From Candidatus Scalinduaceae bacterium (GTDB lineage: Bacteria; Planctomycetota; Brocadiia; Brocadiales; Scalinduaceae): a DNA stretch of 64,000 nt. The position numbers and the translations under genes are program-made. Each line of letters starts with the position of its first letter. Positions within the stretch are counted from its first letter, which is position 1. Below are positions 35,232-43,300 of the stretch, in pieces. The DNA lies in the NCBI GenBank assembly GCA_046759445.1, contig JBHICG010000003.1:51731-115730 (forward strand), read 5' to 3'. A model generated the notes under the pieces. The model worked only from the letters and a program-made list of their open reading frames with translations, had not been told where the DNA came from and made no database searches.

Positions 35232-36842
35232 ATGACAGTATCATCGTTAGTTTCAGGTATATCAGGATTAAAGACTTCACAAACGGCCTTAAATGTTATT
35301 GGTAATAATCTGGCCAACATGAACACGCCTGGTTTTAAGGTTTCACGAGTAACTTTTGCCAATCAACTGGCGCAAACCCTGAGAGCAGCCCTGGCGCCCG
35401 GCAGTGGGCTTGGTGGAAGAAATCCAATACAGGTTGGTTCCGGCGCTACAGTTGCAAGTATAACTAAGAATTTTTCTCAAGGAAGCATCGCTCCAACAGG
35501 ACGTCCATTTGATCTTGCAATAGAGGGTGAAGGTTTCTTCATCCTTTCAAATGGAACTCAGGAGTTTTATACCAGGGTAGGTTCTTTCATTCTGGATAAG
35601 AACAACGATCTTATAGATGCAGGTACGGGTCTCAAGGTAAAGAGTATTACGGGTACGATCAATATCCCCGTCAACACAACTGTGCCAGCACAGGCAACAA
35701 CCACCGTTAATATGGCTGGAAATCTAAACTCTGCAACAGCAACTGGCGCAATAAATCAAGTGGTTCAATCTGCCACCCCATTTCAAATAGCTGGTCCCGC
35801 TCCTGCAGTTGCCGCAACTCCTTTGAATAGCCTTCTTACCAATACAGCCGCTTATACTGCTGGAGAAGTAATCAACATAATAGGCACAGAAGCCAATGGC
35901 GCAACAGTAAGCGCTAGTTTTGTTTATGGAAGTGGAGCCGGACAAAACGGCACGACACTGGGTGAACTCAGGGACTTTATAACGGCAAGTTTTGGCACGG
36001 CAACGGCAACAATTGATGCAAGTGGAAATATAGTGCTGACGGCGACCTCACCAGGTGCATCATCACTCTCAATGACAATTGCTGACGCTACCGGACAAAC
36101 TGGCGCTACAACTTGGACTTCCTTTGGTGTTAATACTGTTGGAAAAGGTGAAGTATTTACGACTACTGTTTCGTTATTTAATGCACAGGGGACATCAATC
36201 CCAGTTACGCTCACTTTTGAAAGGACAGCATCCAACACATGGGGTATGACGGCAACAATGGATCCCTCTGAAGGTTCTGTAACCACTGCCATTACGGCCA
36301 TAAACTTCAATAATAACGGTACATTAGCGTCTGTCACGGGCACGCCTACTATAACGGTAACCTATCCTAACAGCACTACACAGGCAGTAACTTTAGATTT
36401 TGGTGTTCCAAATGGATTTAGCGGTATAACTCAATTTAGTGGCACATCATCTGCGGCGGCAACTAATCAAAACGGCTTTGCGGCGGGTTTCTTTTCGTCA
36501 TCAACCGTGAATTCGAATGGAACAGTTGTCGCATTGTTCACAAATGGCCAAACTCAGGAAATTGGTCAATTACAACTGGCTACCTTCAGCAATCCAGCCG
36601 GTTTATCTCAAGAAGGAGAAAATTTATTAACAGCAACGGTTTCTTCTGGTGAACCAATACTTAAGGCAGCCCTTTCTGGGGGAGTCGGAACAATTGTCAG
36701 CGGTGCATTAGAAGGATCTAACGTAGATATAGCAGAAGAGTTTACAAATTTAATTGTTTCACAAAGGGCATTTCAGGCTAATGCACGTACAATCACAACA
36801 ACGGATGAGGTACTACAAGAATTAGTCAACATAATAAGGTAG
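35232..36842 (+). CDS. flgE: Flagellar hook protein FlgE
   Basis: VIGNNLANMNTPGFK, DLAIEGEGFF, LEGSNVDIAEEFTNLIVSQRAFQANARTITTTDEVLQEL. Confidence 0.97.
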   Translation: MTVSSLVSGISGLKTSQTALNVIGNNLANMNTPGFKVSRVTFANQLAQTLRAALAPGSGLGGRNPIQVGSGATVASITKNFSQGSIAPTGRPFDLAIEGEGFFILSNGTQEFYTRVGSFILDKNNDLIDAGTGLKVKSITGTINIPVNTTVPAQATTTVNMAGNLNSATATGAINQVVQSATPFQIAGPAPAVAATPLNSLLTNTAAYTAGEVINIIGTEANGATVSASFVYGSGAGQNGTTLGELRDFITASFGTATATIDASGNIVLTATSPGASSLSMTIADATGQTGATTWTSFGVNTVGKGEVFTTTVSLFNAQGTSIPVTLTFERTASNTWGMTATMDPSEGSVTTAITAINFNNNGTLASVTGTPTITVTYPNSTTQAVTLDFGVPNGFSGITQFSGTSSAAATNQNGFAAGFFSSSTVNSNGTVVALFTNGQTQEIGQLQLATFSNPAGLSQEGENLLTATVSSGEPILKAALSGGVGTIVSGALEGSNVDIAEEFTNLIVSQRAFQANARTITTTDEVLQELVNIIR

Positions 36843-36857
36843 TTACTGAGGACTTCG

Positions 36858-36903
36858 ACCTAAATTAAGCGATTTTCAGAAATCGCTTAATTTAGGTTTT
36901 TTT
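36858..36903 (+). terminator. Intrinsic terminator after flgE
   Basis: ACCTAAATTAAGCGATTT-TCAG-AAATCGCTTAATTTAGGT followed by a T-run. Confidence 0.85.
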
Positions 36904-37204
36904 AAAGTATGAGAAGATTTTCAATATGTAAAAAAGCCGTAAAATATCCTTAACACATAATCTGAATATATTCTATCATTCAAATTATGGTGTTCTAAAA
37001 TGGCCTTAAAGGGATTGAGGTTTCGCAAGCATAGGAAGTTTTTACACAAAATGTAGAAATAATTATCTTGGATTTTACTATAGGAAAAAAATTTAATAGA
37101 CTATATCTAATTATGCCAACATTGTCATATACCTAGATACTTATAATATAAAGTGTTATAAACAATTTTTAAAAATAATCTTTTTGTCCGCTTTAAATTA
37201 GCTT

Positions 37205-37221
37205 TTGGCACAAATGTAGCG
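37205..37221 (+). promoter_or_regulatory. sigma54 promoter for the flgF operon
   Basis: TTGGCAC-AAATG-TAGCG, 70 nt upstream of flgF. Confidence 0.7.
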
Positions 37222-37290
37222 TAATACAAGAGACATAGCTTTTGTATCATAACAATAAATTCCTACTATAAGAAAATAGAGAGGTAGAAG

Positions 37291-38010
37291 ATGATTGATA
37301 GTATATACGATGTTGCTTCTGGTCTTGATGCTTTCATTAAAAACCAGGAAGTGATAGCAAGGAATATTGCTAATGCAAACACTGTTGGATTTAAGAAGAG
37401 CGTGGTTGATTTTAGCATTATTCTTGAGGAAGTAAATGGAGTAGAGAAAGAGAATATTCAGGCGGAGATCGGGATTAACTTCTCTGAAGGCAATCTTGAA
37501 TACACAGGTAATAGTTTAGATATAGCCATTGATGGCGAAGGGTTCTTTACAATTGAGACCGAACAGGGTTTGAGATATACAAGAAATGGACAATTTAAGC
37601 TCTCAGATAGTGGTGAGATAGTAACATTAAGTGGTGGGAAACTGTTGGGAACAGGTGGAACAATATTTGTACCCAAAAGTGGCGGAGAGATTACGATAGA
37701 CAGTAAGGGTATTGTTAAAGCGGGTAATACCGTGATCGGAGAGTTATTGATTACCAACTTTAATCAGCTATCCGTACTAACCCCAACAGGTGAAGGTTTA
37801 TTTGAGGTGCCATTGGCGGCAATGCAGGATCTTGCAGAAGCAAATTTTAAGATTGCACAGGGTTATCTGGAAAGGTCAAACGTAAATGTAGCTTTGGAAA
37901 TGATTGATATGATTGCAAATATGAGAAGCTACGAAGCAAGCAGTCAAATCATAAAGTCTTTAAGTGAGTCTACGGAACAATTGATTAGTAATCAGTTAAA
38001 TAGTGTCTAG
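37291..38010 (+). CDS. flgF: Basal-body rod protein FlgF
   Basis: IARNIANANTVGFK, YTRNGQF, QGYLERSNVN; precedes flgG. Confidence 0.88.
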   Translation: MIDSIYDVASGLDAFIKNQEVIARNIANANTVGFKKSVVDFSIILEEVNGVEKENIQAEIGINFSEGNLEYTGNSLDIAIDGEGFFTIETEQGLRYTRNGQFKLSDSGEIVTLSGGKLLGTGGTIFVPKSGGEITIDSKGIVKAGNTVIGELLITNFNQLSVLTPTGEGLFEVPLAAMQDLAEANFKIAQGYLERSNVNVALEMIDMIANMRSYEASSQIIKSLSESTEQLISNQLNSV

Positions 38011-38024
38011 AAACTTTTACCCAA

Positions 38025-38101
38025 GTAGCCGCAGGCTTTAGCCTGCGAACATAAATAACGCAACCTCCCTGTCTACCGACAGGCGTAAAGGTTGCGGTTA
38101 C
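38025..38101. repeat. GTAG-type REP doublet carrying an inserted CCTGTCTACCGACAGG element
   Basis: GTAGCCGCAGGCTTTAGCCTGCG ... ACGCAACCT[insert]AAAGGTTGCGGTTAC. Confidence 0.75.
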
Positions 38102-38146
38102 AGAATCGTACATTTTTGATTTTAACAAAGAGGAGAAGAAAAAGCC

Positions 38147-38932
38147 ATGATGAAAGCATTATACACAAGTGCAACAGGTATGCAGGCACAACAGTTCTTT
38201 CTAGATATTGTTTCAAATAATCTTGCTAATGTTAATACAACAGGATTCAAAAGAGTACAGGTCAATTTTCAGGATTTGCTATATGATAAGAGCATCCCTG
38301 CTGGCGCAGAATCTGCTCAAGGACTCCAAATACCAACAGGTTTACAAGTGGGAAGTGGTGTTAGAGTCATATCCACCAATAAAGTTTTTACTCAGGGAGT
38401 ACCTGAAAATACCGGCAGGTCATTGGACTTAGCTATTCAGGGATCAGGGTTTTTTCAGATGTCGCATCCTGATGGAAGCACTGTGTATACTCGTGACGGA
38501 GCGTTTCAGCTTAACAGTAATGGAGAGATAGTGAATGGTGAAGGTCTTAAACTCGAGCCTGCCATCTCAATTCAAGGTGATGTCGTATCCATTAGTATTG
38601 GTTCAGATGGGACGGTATCAACTCAGAGCTCAACTGGAAGTGTTCAATCTGCAGGGCAAATAACTCTGGCATCATTCCCGAACCCTGCAGGGCTTGAAAG
38701 TATAGGGCGTAATCTTTACCGAGAGACAACTGCATCTTCCAGCCCGCAAACGGGTACACCGGGGCAAAATGGCATTGGTGAGATTATACAGGGATTTCTA
38801 GAAAGTTCAAATGTTCAGGTTGTAACTGAAATGGTAAACCTTATTGTTGCACAAAGGGCATACGAAATAAGCTCAAAGGCAATTAAGGCCAGTGACGAAA
38901 TGTTATCAATAACTAATCGACTCATTAATTAG
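38147..38932 (+). CDS. flgG: Basal-body distal rod protein FlgG
   Basis: ALYTSATGMQAQQ, NNLANVNTTGFK, FQDLLY, EMVNLIVAQRAYE..SKAIKASDEML. Confidence 0.97.
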   Translation: MMKALYTSATGMQAQQFFLDIVSNNLANVNTTGFKRVQVNFQDLLYDKSIPAGAESAQGLQIPTGLQVGSGVRVISTNKVFTQGVPENTGRSLDLAIQGSGFFQMSHPDGSTVYTRDGAFQLNSNGEIVNGEGLKLEPAISIQGDVVSISIGSDGTVSTQSSTGSVQSAGQITLASFPNPAGLESIGRNLYRETTASSSPQTGTPGQNGIGEIIQGFLESSNVQVVTEMVNLIVAQRAYEISSKAIKASDEMLSITNRLIN

Positions 38933-39006
38933 TATCTGTAGCGGAAACTAATTAACAAAAAGTCGTTCGAATCTCCATCTAATTATTTAAAAAAGGAGTT
39001 TGAAAA

Positions 39007-39978
39007 ATGAGAGCTATAAAATCAGTATATTTGGTTTTGTTTACGTTTGTGTTTGTTCATATTGCTTTAGCAGATCAAATTGAAATAAACATTAAGGATA
39101 AAGTCACTCTTAAAGAAAAAACAATAACAATTAGTGACATCTCAACAGTTGTTGGTGATGACGTTGCACTCGTCAACAGGATTAATAATATAGAAATTGG
39201 AAGAACACCATGGCCAAATAATCAAAGAAGGATAGGTGCGGAATATATGATGATGCGTCTTAGGGCATTAAACATCAATTTGTCGGATATTATTTTCAAA
39301 GGAGCCAAGGCGGTTATAGTTTCGGTCGAATCGACAAAAATAACTGGTGCAGAAATTGCACAAAAAGCAAAGGAGTATTTGTTATCTGTTATAACATCAA
39401 AGGATAGAGAAACAATCATAGAGTTGGTAAGAATACCCGGTGATCAATGGGTGACAAAAAGAAGGGACGAGATTGTTCTCAGTGTATCTCTTGCAGATAA
39501 TAGTAAAAATAGAGGCAATATAGAGGTAATAGTTAGTGCCCCTTCGGACGATATTCCTTTTTTCAAAATACCTGTGTTTTTTAAAGTCAGGGTGTTCGAA
39601 AACGTTGCCATTGCAAAGAGGAGGATAAATAGTCGCCAGCCCTTAACTAGTGAGAACGTGTTTTTAGGCAAAAGAGAGACTACAGAAACAAGGGGTTTAG
39701 CCTATTCCAGCTTGGAGGATTTAGTGGATAAGGTGGCAATCCGAACAATTCTCCCAAATACTATAATTACAGAGGAAATACTTGAAACACCTCCGGCAAT
39801 AAAAAGGGGTAATGTAGTGAAATTATTTATAAAAGCTGATAATTTTAGTATCATCACCAAGGGGTTGGCACAGGAAACTGGATATACTGGTGAAGTGATA
39901 AAGTTCAAGAATTTAGATACAGAAAAGGTAATTTACGGTAAAATTATAGATTCTGAGAACGTCCAGATAGTATTTTAA
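39007..39978 (+). CDS. flgA: P-ring assembly chaperone FlgA
   Basis: Signal peptide, SAF-like region, C-terminal IKRGNVV..GLAQETG..GEVIKFKNLDTEKVIYG; between flgG and flgH. Confidence 0.9.
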   Translation: MRAIKSVYLVLFTFVFVHIALADQIEINIKDKVTLKEKTITISDISTVVGDDVALVNRINNIEIGRTPWPNNQRRIGAEYMMMRLRALNINLSDIIFKGAKAVIVSVESTKITGAEIAQKAKEYLLSVITSKDRETIIELVRIPGDQWVTKRRDEIVLSVSLADNSKNRGNIEVIVSAPSDDIPFFKIPVFFKVRVFENVAIAKRRINSRQPLTSENVFLGKRETTETRGLAYSSLEDLVDKVAIRTILPNTIITEEILETPPAIKRGNVVKLFIKADNFSIITKGLAQETGYTGEVIKFKNLDTEKVIYGKIIDSENVQIVF

Positions 39979-40057
39979 TCCCCCCCCCACTTCTTGCCCC
40001 CAATGCTTTCTTGTGGAAGCAAGGAATGGGGGCAGCGGGGGTGAATAAGCGGAATTT
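39977..40057. repeat. REP-like element with an inverted copy of its own insert nested inside
   Basis: CCCCACTTCTTG[CCCCCAATGCTTTCTTGTGGAAGCAAGGAATGGGGG]CAGCGGGGG. Confidence 0.7.
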
Positions 40058-40090
40058 ATTTAAGTCATTTACTATAAAAAAGGAACTAAA

Positions 40091-40750
40091 ATGTTTAGAT
40101 TAAGTTTTATTCTCATCGTCAGTCTTATTTTAAATACAGGTTTATTTACTTCAAAGGGTTCCCTTTTTGCTGATTCATTATGGAAGAGAAGAGTTACCAT
40201 AAACTATAATCTCTTCGATGACAATAGAGGTAAAAGGATTGGAGATATTGTTACCGTAATAGTAGTCGAAGAGACCAGTATAGACAATGATGAGAGCTCC
40301 TCCACAAATAATGAAAACAAATTATCTGGAGAAATTAATAATAATGCATTCTTACGTGGAATACAATCTGGAATAACAAAAGGGCGAAATGCAAAATTTA
40401 GTCCAAGACCTGCTAATAGTGTTTCTGGTGATTTCTCACAGGAATTTAGTGGTAAAGGTACCTATGAAAGTGTAAGGAAGATAAATCTGAGGCTTACGGC
40501 AATGGTAGTAGAAGTGCTTGATAACGGTAATCTGCTTCTTGAAGGTAAAAGGGAAGTAGACGTTAATAAGGAAAAATACAACTTGAAACTCACTGGTATA
40601 GCCAGACCAATCGACATAGGTACAGACAACACAATATTATCAACCCAGATGTCAAACGTAAACTTTGGACTTGAAGGAAAAGGATGGTTAACCAGGGCAG
40701 GGAAAAAGGGTTGGTTTAATAGGGTAAGAGATATCTTCTGGCCATTCTAA
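40091..40750 (+). CDS. flgH: L-ring protein FlgH
   Basis: IGDIVTVIVVE, VVEVLDNGNLLLEG, GIARPIDI..DNTI, GWFNRV..FWPF. Confidence 0.93.
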   Translation: MFRLSFILIVSLILNTGLFTSKGSLFADSLWKRRVTINYNLFDDNRGKRIGDIVTVIVVEETSIDNDESSSTNNENKLSGEINNNAFLRGIQSGITKGRNAKFSPRPANSVSGDFSQEFSGKGTYESVRKINLRLTAMVVEVLDNGNLLLEGKREVDVNKEKYNLKLTGIARPIDIGTDNTILSTQMSNVNFGLEGKGWLTRAGKKGWFNRVRDIFWPF

Positions 40751-40874
40751 CGTTTCCTAATTCCTATAACATATTGAGAATAATGAGATTTTGATGCAGA
40801 TGTCTATTACTTCACACAACAATTGCGGATTGCAGATTGCAGATTGCAGAAAGAAAATCCGAAATTTAAAGAAT

Positions 40875-41999
40875 ATGCTTCGTTGCCTTTTGCACATTAT
40901 AGTATTAATCGTAACTTATTCTTCCTTTTCAAACACATATGTCCACGGGAGTATAACAAGTCGAGTAAAGGACATTGCGTATGTTCAGGGTGTTAGAGAT
41001 AACTATTTATTTGGTTATGGCCTTGTAGTTGGCTTGCAGAGAACGGGAGACAAAACTACCTTTACCTTTACGAGGCAGTTGGCTAAAAATATCTTTGAAA
41101 AGCTTGGTGTGATTACGACTAGTTCTGCCTTTGACTCAGACAATATAGCAGCAGTGCTCATTACAGCAAAGGTTCACTCGTTTGCCAAATCCGGTGATAG
41201 AATAGATGTTCTTGTATCCTCCATTGGTGACGCAAAAAGCCTGGAAGGTGGTGTACTCGTTCATACCACCCTTCAGGGGATTGATAATGAGGTATATGCA
41301 GTTGCTCAAGGTCCGCTATCCATCGGTGGTTTTAATGTTAGTGGGGCTGCAGAGCAAACAAGAAAAAATATTGCTACAACAGCACATATTCCACGAGGTG
41401 CACTTATAGAAAAAGAAATACCCGTTCACGTATTTTTTGGCAATGCAATCAGATTGAGTTTAAATGATACGGATTTTACAACGGCCCAGCGTTTAATGAA
41501 TGTCGTCAATACTAAATATCCGGGTTCTTCCCAGGCCATCAGTGCCGCAGAGGTAGAGATAATACCTCCTCAAGAATTTCGAGCAATAGACAGGATAACA
41601 CAGTTTATTTCACAAATTGAAGAACTGACGGTTATACCAGATTCCATTGCACGTATTATTATCAACGAAAGGACAGGTACAATTGTGGCAGGGGAGAATG
41701 TCAGGATTTCAACAGTGGCGGTAGCGCATGGTAATCTAACAATTACCATTAGCGAAAGGCAGGAGGCATCCCAACCAGGTCCGTTTGCTCCAACAAGCGC
41801 AACTACAGAAGTGCTCGATCGTACAAATGTTGAAGTTGAAGAGGAAGAAGCAAAACTACACGTTATACCTGATGGAGTAAGCATTTCTGAAATAGCTCGC
41901 GCATTAAATGTGCTTGGGGTGACACCAAGAGATATGATTTCTATTTTTCAGGCAATTAAGAAGGCAGGCGCCCTTCATGCAGAACTCGTAATAATGTAA
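40875..41999 (+). CDS. flgI: P-ring protein FlgI
   Basis: RVKDIA..GVRDN.LFGYGLVVGL..TGD, SIGDAKSLEGG, INERTGTIV, AIKKAGALHAEL. ATG 40875 preferred; the upstream extension is a GATTGCA heptamer repeat. Confidence 0.96.
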   Translation: MLRCLLHIIVLIVTYSSFSNTYVHGSITSRVKDIAYVQGVRDNYLFGYGLVVGLQRTGDKTTFTFTRQLAKNIFEKLGVITTSSAFDSDNIAAVLITAKVHSFAKSGDRIDVLVSSIGDAKSLEGGVLVHTTLQGIDNEVYAVAQGPLSIGGFNVSGAAEQTRKNIATTAHIPRGALIEKEIPVHVFFGNAIRLSLNDTDFTTAQRLMNVVNTKYPGSSQAISAAEVEIIPPQEFRAIDRITQFISQIEELTVIPDSIARIIINERTGTIVAGENVRISTVAVAHGNLTITISERQEASQPGPFAPTSATTEVLDRTNVEVEEEEAKLHVIPDGVSISEIARALNVLGVTPRDMISIFQAIKKAGALHAELVIM

Positions 42000-42166
42000 T
42001 ACTTTAATAATACATGAGCATTTCCTAACCCGAACGAGTTGGAAACGGAGTTAAGGCTTTAGCCTTTTATACTTGCAATTAATTAAAACCCTGAAGGGTA
42101 AACTCCCTGTTGGGATTCGGATTCCCTACGCCGGCAGGCAGATAGCCTTTTATGTTGAAAAATTAT

Positions 42167-42222
42167 TTTTTGCCAAAACTTGTCCCTGTATGTTTTGAAC
42201 AGGGATTGGTCAAAATATTTTT
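42167..42222. repeat. Inverted copy of 30694-30749 element
   Basis: Reverse complement identical except one base. Confidence 0.85.
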
Positions 42223-42248
42223 GGTAAGAAATTAATCGGGAGAAATTA

Positions 42249-42557
42249 GTGGATATACCATTTGATAGTGAATTTGTAATAAATTTTGCAAAAACAGAAA
42301 ATGCAAAGGATATTTTAAAAAACAATCTTAAGTCTTCGTACGAAATTGAGAAGGCAACACAAGATTTTGAGGCTATATTATTAAATATGTTAATCCAGGC
42401 AATGTGGAAAACAATACCAGAGTCTGGATTATTTGAGAAAAACAGTTCGACCCAAATTTATGAGGGGATAATTCAATCAGCGCTTTCGGAGGAGATAGCC
42501 AGAGGCGGTGGTTTGGGTATAGGAAAGATTATATACCAACAAATTAGTAAAGAATAA
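42249..42557 (+). CDS. flgJ: FlgJ rod-binding domain only (no muramidase)
   Basis: ATQDFEAILLNMLIQAMWKTIP..GGLGIGKIIYQQ; follows flgI. Confidence 0.85.
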   Translation: MDIPFDSEFVINFAKTENAKDILKNNLKSSYEIEKATQDFEAILLNMLIQAMWKTIPESGLFEKNSSTQIYEGIIQSALSEEIARGGGLGIGKIIYQQISKE

Positions 42558-42573
42558 ATCCCCTTTAATAAAG

Positions 42574-43113
42574 GTGGATTTTGGGAATTCAATTTTATAT
42601 GGAGAAATTACCTTGGAAAACCTGATACAGAATCTGACTGAAACATTAGGTGAGATGGTCAAAATATATAAAGATATCCTTCAAACTGCACTGGAAAAAA
42701 AGAAACATATATTTTCTGGAGATATTGACAAACTTGAAGCAGTCATTTATCGAGAGCGTAACCTTGCAGAAAACATTCTTCTTCTGGAAGAAAAAAGAAG
42801 ATACATAATGCAGTCAATAAGCCAGACTATTGGAGATATTCATACTCTTCCAACCCTTCGTGAATTCATAGAACAGATTCGAGAACCTTATAAGGATAAA
42901 CTAAAAAAACAGTATGATGAAATCTCAGACGTAATCATGAAGGTTGAGGATGTCAATAGAACCAACACAACACTTACAAAGTATTCACTGGAATTTGTGA
43001 ATAATCTTATAAAATCTATATGCTCAGAATCGCTTAACGACTCTGTTTATCAACAATCTGGTAAATTAAAGGGACCTGAACTTAAGAGATTATTATTTGA
43101 GCTAAGTGCGTAG
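42574..43113 (+). CDS. flgN: Export chaperone FlgN
   Basis: Helical FlgN pattern (GDIDKLE..ERNL..LEEKR, VNRTNTTL, YQQSG), directly upstream of flgK; start may be TTG 42613. Confidence 0.82.
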   Translation: MDFGNSILYGEITLENLIQNLTETLGEMVKIYKDILQTALEKKKHIFSGDIDKLEAVIYRERNLAENILLLEEKRRYIMQSISQTIGDIHTLPTLREFIEQIREPYKDKLKKQYDEISDVIMKVEDVNRTNTTLTKYSLEFVNNLIKSICSESLNDSVYQQSGKLKGPELKRLLFELSA

Positions 43114-43123
43114 ATGTTTTGAT

Positions 43124-43197
43124 TAGTACCTGTTACGGAAAGCTAAAATACCTAAAAATGTCAGGGTGACAAAATCGCGTTTCCGCAACAGGTACTA
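43124..43197. mobile_element. MITE-like element, 74 bp (family E short form)
   Basis: TIRs TAGTACCTGTTACGGAAA / TTTCCGCAACAGGTACTA; colinear with 32328-32460 minus 59 bp. Confidence 0.75.
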
Positions 43198-43300
43198 AAG
43201 AATTATACTTTCTAACCGAAAATATCTAATATCTAAAGGTTTATTAAATATTAGATAAATATCCTGATAACTTTTATAAACACATTAGAGAGATAGAAAC

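Noticed and set aside
40791..40874. N-terminal extension of FlgI
   Set aside because: Translation of GATTGCA heptamer repeats; a normal signal peptide starts at ATG 40875.
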